Positions 1 through 8,882 of a DNA stretch of 59,739 nt are shown piece after piece. Location: the NCBI GenBank assembly GCA_017394445.1, contig JAFPYT010000347.1, positions 1 through 59,739 of the forward strand, in the 5' to 3' direction. Both the position numbers and the translations under genes were made by a program. The stretch's first letter is position 1, and each line of letters begins with the position of its first letter. The notes under the pieces were generated by a model, which searched no databases, was not told the origin of the DNA, and worked only from the letters and a program-made list of their open reading frames with translations. The stretch is from Bacteroidales bacterium. Its GTDB lineage: Bacteria; Bacteroidota; Bacteroidia; Bacteroidales; UBA3824.

Positions 1-21
1 ACAACATTGCGCAACGGACAC

Positions 22-43
22 AAAAAAGGTGCGACACCTTTTT
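22..43. terminator. Bidirectional intrinsic-terminator-like hairpin
   Basis: Perfect 9-bp stem AAAAAGGTG (23-31) / CACCTTTTT (35-43) with a 3-nt loop. It is flanked by an A-run and a T-run, so it reads as stem plus U-tract on either strand. Confidence 0.5.
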
Positions 44-50
44 CTATCTT

Positions 51-226
51 CGCGTCCACAGGAAGCCCGGAAAGAAAACCTGCACCCTACTCAATAGATA
101 ATAATGTGCGCGCACCGTGTAATGCGCACAGCATTGAGTAGAGTAGCGTTTCCACAACGGGAACAACGCGAAAATAATCCGTTTCCGAAAGAAAAACAGT
201 TTTCCGGGCTTTTTTTCTTGGACGCG
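51..226. ncRNA. Candidate structured non-coding RNA (about 175 nt, multi-helix), identity unknown
   Basis: Nested long-range pairings seen directly. CGCGTCCA 51-58 pairs with TGGACGCG 219-226. GGAAGCCCGGAAAG 61-74 pairs with 200-213 (11 Watson-Crick pairs plus 3 G-U pairs on the + strand). CTACTCAAT 87-95 pairs with ATTGAGTAG 133-141. TGTGCGC 105-111 pairs with GCGCACA 124-130. There is also a bulged hairpin at 146-169. No plausible CDS is present; ORF 104..328 looks spurious. Strand is unresolved. Confidence 0.3.
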
Positions 227-414
227 AATATTGCTAATGCTTTATGTTTTAATATGTTATATTCTTCTATCTTTTTATGCCATAGGCAAAATCAATTATT
301 TGATGGCAAAGTTAATAAAAGTTTTTGAGAAATTGGACATTATTGTTTGATAAAATTTGCATTATTCGTTTTTAACTGCTATTTTTGCAAAATAATTACA
401 AAAACAATGCTATT

Positions 415-1653
415 ATGCTGTTGAAAATTGAAATAGAGAACTTCTTTTCCATAAAGGAACGGATAACGTTGGATTTCAGAGCAGGAAACATCAACACTAC
501 CAAGAGCCGCGAACTCGCCGACAATGTTATGGAATGGAATGGGCAGAAAATCTTGAAAACCATAGGTTTGTTTGGTCCTAACGCATCTGGCAAGTCAAAT
601 ATCACCAAGGCCATCAATTTTTGTTGCAGGTTGATTTTTGAATCACATTTGCACAATGAAAATACGGTTTTTGATTTCACCCCTTTCAAGTTTGACGGAT
701 GGAGCAACAAACCAAGTAGTTTCCTTGTGGTTTTTGTTTGCGATGATATTGAATACGAATACTCATTTTCGCTTTCCAAAACAGAAATCCTTGGCGAATC
801 GCTTTATTATTATCCCAACAAACGTAGGGCAAAAGTTTTTGTGCGTCAGGGCAACCGCTACACATACGGTGAAGGCATCATTCCTCGCGCCAAAGACGTG
901 GAGGTGAACACTAGCAACAAAAACCTTTTTCTGAGTCGTGCAAGTTCGATGAACAGGGATTTTGCCAAAAGAATTTTCAACTATTTTTACAAAAGTTTTA
1001 TTTTTGGGTTGGTGCCTATAAACAGTTCCGACGCCGAGCAATATTTCAGCAAATACAAGCCCGTAATTCTCGAAGCGTTGTCGGTATGCGACAGCGATAT
1101 TTGCGATATACAACTTCAAAAACGGCAAGGACAGGAGTTGAGCATTTCCACAGACGGCATCAACGCCCAAAAAACAATTAGGGATGTTGAATTGATCCAA
1201 ATTCTTACATTTCATAAATCATCGTCAGAAATTGCCTTTGATATGATGAGCGAGGAATCTGCGGGAACACGTCAGTTGTTTGGTATATTGATGTTGCTAC
1301 TCGATGTGGTGAAACGCCACAAATCATTGATGCTCGATGAGTTTGATATTAGTCTCCATACACTTTTGGCGGATTTCATTTTGGACTTGGTTCACGCTAG
1401 CGATGGGGCGCAATTGTTGTTCACGTCGCACAACACCAATCTAATCGACACAAACCGTCTGCGAAAAGACCAAATAGTTTTTGTAAACAAAAAGGTTGAC
1501 GGCTCAACGGAGGTATATTCCCTGTACGACTTCAAGAATTTCAGGGATAATATGGATGCCGAAAAGAGTTACAAACAAGGCAGGTTTGATGCCGTTCCAA
1601 TTGTTGGTACATCGGTCGAAAACCTCAAAAGACTGTTGGAGGAGATACAATGA
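415..1653 (+). CDS. AAA15/AAA21-family ATPase (AbiLi-like, ABC/OLD-type ATPase)
   Basis: Lies within ORF 385..1653, which begins with TTG. The likely ATG at 415 gives MLLKIEIENFFSI, a typical N-terminus for this family. Walker A is GPNASGKSN; the Walker B region is LMLDEFDISLH; the C-terminal block is LLFTSHN. Confidence 0.8.
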   Translation: MLLKIEIENFFSIKERITLDFRAGNINTTKSRELADNVMEWNGQKILKTIGLFGPNASGKSNITKAINFCCRLIFESHLHNENTVFDFTPFKFDGWSNKPSSFLVVFVCDDIEYEYSFSLSKTEILGESLYYYPNKRRAKVFVRQGNRYTYGEGIIPRAKDVEVNTSNKNLFLSRASSMNRDFAKRIFNYFYKSFIFGLVPINSSDAEQYFSKYKPVILEALSVCDSDICDIQLQKRQGQELSISTDGINAQKTIRDVELIQILTFHKSSSEIAFDMMSEESAGTRQLFGILMLLLDVVKRHKSLMLDEFDISLHTLLADFILDLVHASDGAQLLFTSHNTNLIDTNRLRKDQIVFVNKKVDGSTEVYSLYDFKNFRDNMDAEKSYKQGRFDAVPIVGTSVENLKRLLEEIQ

Positions 1654-2198
1654 AAGGTAGGGACAAGAAGCCACAACGAACAATGAAACCTGTTTTTCTT
1701 GTTTTTTGCGAGGGCGAAACAGAAGAAAACTACATTGATTTTGTGCGACGAGAGTATCATTCGCCCATTAAAATTGTGTCGAAAACCGAGGGCAACAGAA
1801 TTTCGCAGTCGTTGATAACGCAGCGGCAAAACGAACTTAAAAATTCAAAAAACGACATTATCAAGACATTTTTGATGTATGATTTGGATGTCAAGCCGAT
1901 CAACGAAAAACTCAAATCGTGCGATGCTAAGTGGCTTTGCAGCAATCCTTGTGTTGAATTGTGGTTTTTGTTACATTCCAAGAATCAAACAGCCGAAATA
2001 TCAACCAACAATTGCGTTGTTGAATTAAAAAAATCGTCGTCCTGTTGGCAGCAATACCGAAAATCAACACTCACCGAAAGTCAGAAAGAAACGCTGCGCC
2101 AAAACAAGGATATTGCCATCAACCGAGCCAAACGCCTTTTGGAATATTCTAATCCATCTTCAACTGTTTATAGGCTTTTAGAAGAAATATGTAAATAA
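1650..2198 (+). CDS. RloB-like protein (AbiLii-like partner of the ATPase)
   Basis: The N-terminal block VFLVFCEGETEENY is characteristic of RloB-domain proteins. Its start overlaps the ATPase stop by 4 nt (ATGA at 1650-1653), which implies translational coupling. Confidence 0.7.
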   Translation: MKGRDKKPQRTMKPVFLVFCEGETEENYIDFVRREYHSPIKIVSKTEGNRISQSLITQRQNELKNSKNDIIKTFLMYDLDVKPINEKLKSCDAKWLCSNPCVELWFLLHSKNQTAEISTNNCVVELKKSSSCWQQYRKSTLTESQKETLRQNKDIAINRAKRLLEYSNPSSTVYRLLEEICK

Positions 2199-2202
2199 TC
2201 AC

Positions 2203-2240
2203 AAAAAAAAACGGACGGTAATCCTACCGCCCGTTTTTTT
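2203..2240. terminator. Bidirectional intrinsic terminator between convergent genes
   Basis: A-run at 2203-2210. Stem ACGGACGG 2211-2218 / CCGCCCGT 2227-2234 with one mismatch. T-run at 2234-2240. Confidence 0.6.
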
Positions 2241-2262
2241 CTATTTAATTATGCATTATGCA

Positions 2263-4974
2263 TTATTTCCCAAACTTCCACCAATCCAATCTTACTTCTC
2301 CATTAGCCTTTTGGAATGTGATGTAGAGGTCGTGGAGGCCTTTGGCGCCGGGGATTTTGGTGGTGACTGCTTTGTATTTTTCTACGTTGCCGGTAGGTTT
2401 TACCAAAACTTTGCCAATTTCAGCACCGTTGGGCGAATCTATGCGGAGCGAAATTTCTACTGTGCCGGTGGCGGCGGCGGTTATCGAAAACGATGTTGCT
2501 CCGTTGGCAAAATCTACACCGCGAACTCGGATGTATTCGCCATTGTCAATGTCGTTGACATACATATTGCGCTTGCCGGTTGAGTAGGGCATTTTTTCTA
2601 CCACGCCGGTGTTTTCAATTCCGATTTTGGCAGATTTTAGTCCGTATCCCCACGCCATTGTTTCGGCTTCAACACGTGAAAAGGGGTTGAGAGGTTTTAC
2701 CTGTTTGAGAGGCTGTTGGTCGAGCCAGTAGGGCACTTCCTCAATGCTTCCGTCGGGATTGTAGTGCATTTCGCCAACTGTTACCGAGCGGCGTTCGTGG
2801 TGTTCCCAGAGGTCGATGTGCATAAGGTCGTAGTTTTGTCCAAAAATGTAGGTTTTGCCCTTAAAATCAGCAATTCCGGGGTGATTGCCACGGTCGCGCT
2901 GTGTGGGACGCATTATGTAGCCGGTGCTTTTCCACGGTCCTGTTGGGTTATCGCTCATTGCATAGCCCAAACCCTCTGGACAGCAGGTAGATGCAAATCC
3001 GAGATAGTATTTTGAACCTCGGCGGTAAAACCAAGGGCCTTCCTGATAATTTTCGATGTGAGGCAAACGTACCACGCTGTCTTTCAACGAAATCATATCG
3101 TTATTTAATCGTGCGTAAAATGTGTGAGGATTGCCCCAATACATATACGCCTGACCGTCGGTGTCGGTGAATACTGAGGGGTCGATGTCGTACCAGTTGC
3201 TCTGATCCCAAACGAGGGGCTTGCCGAGCGGGTCTTTAAAAGGTCCGTAGGGCGAATCTGCCACCAAAACGCCAATTCCGTGACCGTGCAGAGGTGCGTA
3301 GAGATAGTATTTGCCGTTGCGTTCTACCACTTGGATAGCCCATCCGCCATTGTCGCGACTACGCCACGAAAAATCTTTCAACGATGCCACTGCGCCGTGC
3401 TCTGTCCAGTTTACCATATCGGTGGTGGAATAGAGCAGCCAATCGTACATAAAGAAACCAGCCGAACTCTTTTCGTTGGGGTCTACGATGTGCTCAGGCG
3501 ATGCGTCGTGCGAACAGAAAAGGAACAAAGTGTCGCCAATAACGAGCGGCGAAGGGTCGGCGGTGTATTTGGTTTGGAACGCGGGCATATTGCACTGCTC
3601 AATTCCGCGCATCTCCCAAAAATCGAGGTTGAACAGTTCGGGGCCTTTTCTTCCTGAAAACACAAAATAAACATCGTGAACGCCCTCAGCCTTGCCCACG
3701 CAGTCAACAGCAAAGGTCTTGAAATTTTCCCAACCGCCAGTGCCGTCAATTTGCAATGCTGCCACAAGAGTGCCACGGATGCTGTCGAGACGAACTTCTA
3801 TTTTGCCGCCACGCAATCCGCTTGCCGCCGACGCGCTAAACACACGGGGAAAGTTTTTACCAAAGTCTACATTTTGCAATTTTATGTAATCGCCATTGTG
3901 AATGTTACTTACATAAACGCCCTGTTTGTCGTTTTGGTAGGTTTTTACTCCTTTGGAAAAAGCCATTGTTTCCGCCTGAACTTTTCTAAAAGGATTAAAA
4001 GTGGCGATAGGTTTTACGCCTTCGTCGGTGGGCATAATTTTGGGAAACGAACCGTCGGAATTATACTTAAACTCCTCAACAGCAATGCTTCTGCCAAATC
4101 CTCCGCCACCGGGAAGTTTGCCCGTGTGATAAAAGAAATACGAATGACCCTTGTAGTCGATAACGCCGCAATGGTTTGTAAACGAGCCAGTTTCGCACAA
4201 TGGCATAATTTCGCCGGCATATTTCCAACCAGAAGTGATTTTGTCGCTAACCGAATACGAAATATGTTCAGGAACGCCTCCCGCAGCGTAGAGCAACTGA
4301 TATTTGCCGTTTCGCTTGGTGAGCCAAGGACCTTCCACATAGCAGTCTTTGTATTTTTTTGTGGAATCGCGCTGATTCATTTTGGGTGCTCCAAAAGCCT
4401 CCTCGGTCATATCCAACTGTCCGAGACCGCCGCTGTACGAAATCATATCTTCGTTGAGTTTCAGGTAGTAACATTGCGGATTACCCCACATAAGCCAAGC
4501 CTGATTGTCGTCGTCGATAAAAACTGTGGGGTCGATATGATCCCAACTTCCGTTTTCAAAAAGGGGTTTGCCTATGGCGTCTTTAAAACCCGAAGTAGGA
4601 TTGTCGGAAACAGCCACGCCTATTGCCATTCCGCCCGAAATTTTAGAATGAGCGCAAATGTACCAATAGAATTTTCCGTTTCGGTAGATGGTTTGCGAAG
4701 CCCAAGCGCGGTCGTCGGCCCACGAAAAAGTTTCAAGGGCAAGTGGCGAACCGTGGTCGGTGTAGTTTACCATATCGGTGGTGGAATACACGCGCCATTC
4801 TTGCATCCAAAAAAAGTCGGCATTGTCCTCATCGTGACCAGTGTAAACGTAGAGGGTGTCGTTGTGAACCATTGGCGCAGGGTCGGATGTAAACCACGTT
4901 TGCACCACGGGGTTTTGGGCGGATAAGCCTGCCGCCGTCAACATTGATGTAATCAATAATAAGTGTCTTTTCAT
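2263..4974 (-). CDS. Secreted tandem GH43 glycoside hydrolase with CBM6-like modules
   Basis: 903 aa with a signal peptide (MKRHLLLITSMLTAAGLSAQ). Two GH43-like propeller segments are present (DPTVFIDDDNQAWLMWGNP and DPSVFTDTDGQAYMYWGNP). Each is followed by a carbohydrate-binding-like segment (VQAETMAFSKG, VEAETMAWGYG). Confidence 0.85.
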   Translation of the reverse strand: MKRHLLLITSMLTAAGLSAQNPVVQTWFTSDPAPMVHNDTLYVYTGHDEDNADFFWMQEWRVYSTTDMVNYTDHGSPLALETFSWADDRAWASQTIYRNGKFYWYICAHSKISGGMAIGVAVSDNPTSGFKDAIGKPLFENGSWDHIDPTVFIDDDNQAWLMWGNPQCYYLKLNEDMISYSGGLGQLDMTEEAFGAPKMNQRDSTKKYKDCYVEGPWLTKRNGKYQLLYAAGGVPEHISYSVSDKITSGWKYAGEIMPLCETGSFTNHCGVIDYKGHSYFFYHTGKLPGGGGFGRSIAVEEFKYNSDGSFPKIMPTDEGVKPIATFNPFRKVQAETMAFSKGVKTYQNDKQGVYVSNIHNGDYIKLQNVDFGKNFPRVFSASAASGLRGGKIEVRLDSIRGTLVAALQIDGTGGWENFKTFAVDCVGKAEGVHDVYFVFSGRKGPELFNLDFWEMRGIEQCNMPAFQTKYTADPSPLVIGDTLFLFCSHDASPEHIVDPNEKSSAGFFMYDWLLYSTTDMVNWTEHGAVASLKDFSWRSRDNGGWAIQVVERNGKYYLYAPLHGHGIGVLVADSPYGPFKDPLGKPLVWDQSNWYDIDPSVFTDTDGQAYMYWGNPHTFYARLNNDMISLKDSVVRLPHIENYQEGPWFYRRGSKYYLGFASTCCPEGLGYAMSDNPTGPWKSTGYIMRPTQRDRGNHPGIADFKGKTYIFGQNYDLMHIDLWEHHERRSVTVGEMHYNPDGSIEEVPYWLDQQPLKQVKPLNPFSRVEAETMAWGYGLKSAKIGIENTGVVEKMPYSTGKRNMYVNDIDNGEYIRVRGVDFANGATSFSITAAATGTVEISLRIDSPNGAEIGKVLVKPTGNVEKYKAVTTKIPGAKGLHDLYITFQKANGEVRLDWWKFGK

Positions 4975-5068
4975 AGAGTATTATTTTAAAAATATTTCGG
5001 TGTAAAAATAGTGTTTATTTTACACTTTATTACTATCTTTACCCCATAAATTTTTATTCTGATTTAAT

Positions 5069-7108
5069 ATGAAGAGACTTTTTTTAAGCATTGCAACATT
5101 TTGTGCCCTCACGGCAGCGGCGCAAAACCCCTATCTGCCTCTGTGGGAGCATCTTCCAGATGGCGAACCCCGTGTGTTTGAAGACCCCGACAATCCGGGC
5201 AAATACCGCGCATACATTATTGGTTCGCACGATACCCGCTACACCGACTATTGTGGCAACGATATTCGTATGTGGAGCGCTCCCGTTGAAAATCTTGCCG
5301 ATTGGCGCGACGAAGGTCCGATTTTTTCGTACTTTGTAAACGGACAATGGGATACTATGTTTGCCCCTGACCTTGTGGAAGTTAACGACCGCGAAACTGG
5401 CAAACGCACCTATTATCTTTATCCCCATTCGCGTGGCTGGCGACGCATTCCTATGGTGTGCAAAAGCGACCGTCCCGATGGACCTTTTACGCCCATCAAC
5501 CTGACCCCCGACGGAAGTGCTTGTGTGGATGGTTCGCTAATTGATTTCGACCCCTCGGTATTTATCGAGCCTATCACCAACAAAAAAGACAAAGACTACA
5601 AAAAAGGATTCCGCGCATACGTTTTTTATGGTTTTCAACATTCAACTGCTTGTGAGTTAGACCAAAACACAATGTATTCGCAGCGTCCCGGCACTTCGCT
5701 TATCGACCCGTTTATACCCGCAAGCACCCGCGATGGTAAACTCTTAGACAAACCCGGTTCGGAATACAAAGCACTTTACAAAGGTCAGAACCCATTGGAT
5801 TTCAATTTCTTTGAAGCATCGTCGATACGTCAAGTGGGCAACAAATATGTGATGGTGTTTTCGGGATACAGCGGCACAGAATACGGTTTGGGGGCAACTA
5901 ATTCGGCTCTACGCTATGCTTACGGCGATTCTCCGTTAGGTCCTTGGCGTTCGGGCGGAGTTTTGGTAGATTCGCGCGGAATTGTGCTCAACGAAGACGG
6001 CTCTGCTCTCACCGAAACCAACGCTGCACACAACACTCACGGCTCTATTCAAGAAATCAACGGTCAGTGGTATGTATTTTACCATCGTCCTCCGCGCGGT
6101 TTTGGATATGCCCGTCAGCCTATGGTGGCTCCTGTAAAAATCACTTGGGACAAAAAATCTGTTGCCGAAGGTGGCACTGTAAAAATCACCGCTTACGACC
6201 CGTATGCGCCTAATAATGAGTGGACTGCAAAGGCTACAAACGGCAAAGAGTACACCGGCGCAGAGGTTACAAGCGAAGGTTTTCAGATTTTTGGACTTCC
6301 ACCTTATAAATATTACTCTGCCGGACTTGCCTGCTATATGAGCAACAACAATTGGATGCAAGATAATCACGATGTTTGGAACAATTCGATGGACCTTGTG
6401 GGCATCACCAACAAAGGCGTTGTAGGTTTCAAATATTTTGGCTTTGGAGGATTAACATCTGATACCAAGGGAGTTAAAGCATTTGCCGGAATCAAAAAAG
6501 GTGACGGAGCAACGCTCAATATCAACCTTTCGTCGCAAGGTCACGGAGCATTCAAAATCCACATTATGCTCGACGGTCCATACGCCAACTCCACTTGGAA
6601 AGGCAAAGAAATCGGTGTAATAGAAGTGCCCGCTGACGCTTCAAAATCGCCCAAAGTATATTCTATAAAAGTTCCTCAGGTAGAAGGACTTACTGGCAAA
6701 CACGCAATCTATCTTGTAGCCGAAGGACCCGATTTGGAAGAACCCAAACCCCGCAATCCGTGGGAACGCCGTCAATCAAACAAACCATACGGACTCTTTG
6801 ACCTTCACGGCATTGGCTTTACCAAAGGCAACGAAACCATTGACATTCCGCAAGTTCCGCAAATCACCATCACCGCCGATGGCAATGCGCTCACAATTCC
6901 CTCACAACCGATTTTCTTTACCAATTTCAACGGTTACTACGAATGTAATCATTATCAGGTTTACGGTCCAATCACCGACAAATCAACCCTCAAAGTAGAT
7001 TCCGACATCAAATCTGGAATAAAAATCTCAATCAGCAAAATCACCGACGGTCGCGCCACCATCCGCGCCGAATACAACGGCAAAGAAAAGGTATTTTTGA
7101 TTAACTAA
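5069..7108 (+). CDS. Secreted GH43-family glycoside hydrolase (xylosidase/arabinofuranosidase-like)
   Basis: 679 aa with a signal peptide. GH43-like blocks are present (DFDPSVFIE, FEASSIRQVGNKYVMVFSG, HGSIQEINGQWYVFYH). It sits next to the other GH43 gene. Confidence 0.65.
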   Translation: MKRLFLSIATFCALTAAAQNPYLPLWEHLPDGEPRVFEDPDNPGKYRAYIIGSHDTRYTDYCGNDIRMWSAPVENLADWRDEGPIFSYFVNGQWDTMFAPDLVEVNDRETGKRTYYLYPHSRGWRRIPMVCKSDRPDGPFTPINLTPDGSACVDGSLIDFDPSVFIEPITNKKDKDYKKGFRAYVFYGFQHSTACELDQNTMYSQRPGTSLIDPFIPASTRDGKLLDKPGSEYKALYKGQNPLDFNFFEASSIRQVGNKYVMVFSGYSGTEYGLGATNSALRYAYGDSPLGPWRSGGVLVDSRGIVLNEDGSALTETNAAHNTHGSIQEINGQWYVFYHRPPRGFGYARQPMVAPVKITWDKKSVAEGGTVKITAYDPYAPNNEWTAKATNGKEYTGAEVTSEGFQIFGLPPYKYYSAGLACYMSNNNWMQDNHDVWNNSMDLVGITNKGVVGFKYFGFGGLTSDTKGVKAFAGIKKGDGATLNINLSSQGHGAFKIHIMLDGPYANSTWKGKEIGVIEVPADASKSPKVYSIKVPQVEGLTGKHAIYLVAEGPDLEEPKPRNPWERRQSNKPYGLFDLHGIGFTKGNETIDIPQVPQITITADGNALTIPSQPIFFTNFNGYYECNHYQVYGPITDKSTLKVDSDIKSGIKISISKITDGRATIRAEYNGKEKVFLIN

Positions 7109-7128
7109 TACATTGTAAAATTTTAATA

Positions 7129-7172
7129 TTCACCGGGTTAATGAGAAGGATTAATCCGGTGAAGTTTTTTTT
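7129..7172 (+). terminator. Intrinsic terminator after the GH43 gene
   Basis: 14-bp stem 7129-7142 / 7150-7163 with one G-U pair, followed by T-run 7165-7172. Confidence 0.7.
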
Positions 7173-7195
7173 AGATTAGAAAACTTATTAATATA

Positions 7196-7681
7196 ATGAA
7201 TACCTTTGAAATCAATAAAATCCATTTCGTAAAACGATATTTTTTAACCCTATTTTCTGGGCAAACTTTTGGGGTTATAATTATGTTCTTTTTTTGGTAT
7301 TGTATACTCCCTCCTGAGTTATTATTTTTTTTATTAGTGTTTTCTCCTGTTTTTTTGGGGGATATTTTGTGGTCTTTATGGATATCTTATAAATATTTAT
7401 ATAAAATTGAGATTTGTGATAACGAGATTATATTCTATTTGCAAGTATTTAATAAAATACAAATTCATAAAAGAGATATTTCTAATACAAGAGTGTATTT
7501 TTATGTGGGTAACCCAAAGATGCGTTCAAGTATGTCGTTTGGAGGTAAGGTTAAAGGATATTTTTATAAAGAATCTTTGGGTCAATGGTTTGTTTGTGAG
7601 TGGGGTAAAAAATATAAAGATTTCGCTAAGTTTTTAACCACAAATGGTGTTTGGTATAAAGAAATGGGATTTTTAAGATAG
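7196..7681 (+). CDS. Hypothetical membrane protein
   Basis: 161-aa ORF with two hydrophobic segments near the N-terminus. The region is AT-rich and I recognise no motif. Confidence 0.4.
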   Translation: MNTFEINKIHFVKRYFLTLFSGQTFGVIIMFFFWYCILPPELLFFLLVFSPVFLGDILWSLWISYKYLYKIEICDNEIIFYLQVFNKIQIHKRDISNTRVYFYVGNPKMRSSMSFGGKVKGYFYKESLGQWFVCEWGKKYKDFAKFLTTNGVWYKEMGFLR

Positions 7682-7784
7682 CCAGCGGAGTCCATTAGTG
7701 TAGTTGTCACAAAAAAGAACTCCCTATTTTTTTGATTTTTTCTGAATAATACATAAATTTGCGGAAAATAAAAAACGACACATT

Positions 7785-8837
7785 ATGGCACAACTGATAG
7801 CAAATCCTATATACGACTCGGCTTTCAAATATATGATGCAAAACGAGCGGGCTGCAACTGTCTTGCTTGAAAACCTTCTCGACAAGGAGATTCTCAAACT
7901 CGACATCCTTACCAACGACACCCCCATCATTGAGGAGAAAAGCGGCGTAAGGATTCTGCGTCTTGATTTTTCTGCCAAAGTAAAAGATAAAACCACTGGC
8001 GAAACCGAACTTGTTACCATCGAACTCCAAAAATCGTATCTCGACACCGAGATAATGCGTTTTCGCACATATCTTGGACAGCAATATTCTGACGCCAATA
8101 AAACCGACACCGAAATGGTGGACACGTGGCGCAAAAACAAGAAAACCGGTCAGGTGGAACGTGTGACAGTAGAAAAACATATCCCACTGCATATTGTAGC
8201 CATATACATACTTGGACACACATTCCAAGAAATCGACATACCCAAACCGGTGATTTACAACTATCCCGACCCACGCGGCATTGAGAAAGAGCCTGTGCCA
8301 GACATCTTAAAAACTCGCTTTTTTAGAGGCATAACGCACGATACCATCATTGTTCAGATACCATATCTAAAACGCAATGCCAAAACCAAACTTGAACAGA
8401 TGTTGGAAATCTTCTGTCAGGATTATGTTTCTGCCAACACAGAGCAACTTCTTGAAATAGATGATTTTGACAACCGTTCGGAAGAGTTCAGAGATTTGGC
8501 TCGCCCGCTTGTCTACGCCGTATCCGACCCACAAGTCCGCAAGGTAATGACCGTAGAAGACGAGATGTCCATCCATTTTCAAAACGTCAAATATGTAACA
8601 GACGAAAACGAGGCGCTCCACACGATGATAGAAGAAAATCGTAAACAGTTGCAAGAGAAGGATAGCCAGTTGCAAGAGCAACAGAGCCAGTTGCAAGAGA
8701 AAGATAGCCAGTTGCAAGAGAAAGATAGCCAATTGACATTATCAATAAAAATGCTCTCTGAGTTGGGTGCTTCACCAGAACAAATCGCCGAAAAACTTAA
8801 AATATCTGTTGCAATTGTAAAACGGTGGCTTCATTAG
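7785..8837 (+). CDS. PD-(D/E)xK nuclease family transposase-like protein (Rpn-like) with a C-terminal heptad repeat
   Basis: The N-terminus MAQLIANPIYDSAFKYMMQNERAATVLL is typical of the Bacteroidales PD-(D/E)xK 'transposase' family. A D/E...ELQK block is present (LRLDFSAKV...VTIELQKS). The C-terminal repeat is (QLQEKDS)n. Confidence 0.7.
   Translation: MAQLIANPIYDSAFKYMMQNERAATVLLENLLDKEILKLDILTNDTPIIEEKSGVRILRLDFSAKVKDKTTGETELVTIELQKSYLDTEIMRFRTYLGQQYSDANKTDTEMVDTWRKNKKTGQVERVTVEKHIPLHIVAIYILGHTFQEIDIPKPVIYNYPDPRGIEKEPVPDILKTRFFRGITHDTIIVQIPYLKRNAKTKLEQMLEIFCQDYVSANTEQLLEIDDFDNRSEEFRDLARPLVYAVSDPQVRKVMTVEDEMSIHFQNVKYVTDENEALHTMIEENRKQLQEKDSQLQEQQSQLQEKDSQLQEKDSQLTLSIKMLSELGASPEQIAEKLKISVAIVKRWLH
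8646..8735 (+). repeat. 21-bp in-frame tandem repeat (about 4.3 copies) inside the Rpn-like CDS
   Basis: The units CAGTTGCAAGAG[AAGGATAGC/CAACAGAGC/AAAGATAGC/AAAGATAGC] run from 8646 and encode QLQEKDS / QLQEQQS. Confidence 0.9.
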
Positions 8838-8882
8838 TAAATATCCCTAATAATCTCCATATTTACGCAAAAAACAACCATT

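Noticed and set aside
104-328. 74-aa ORF at the window start
   Set aside because: It overlaps the densely base-paired region 51-226. It has no promoter or start context and reads like translated structure rather than protein.
3676-4926. 416-aa plus-strand ORF
   Set aside because: It lies entirely antisense to the well-supported 903-aa GH43 gene. It has no motifs and an odd composition, so I treat it as a shadow ORF.
8367-8732. 121-aa minus-strand ORF (LLQLAIFLLQ...)
   Set aside because: It is an antisense translation of the 21-bp repeat inside the Rpn-like gene.
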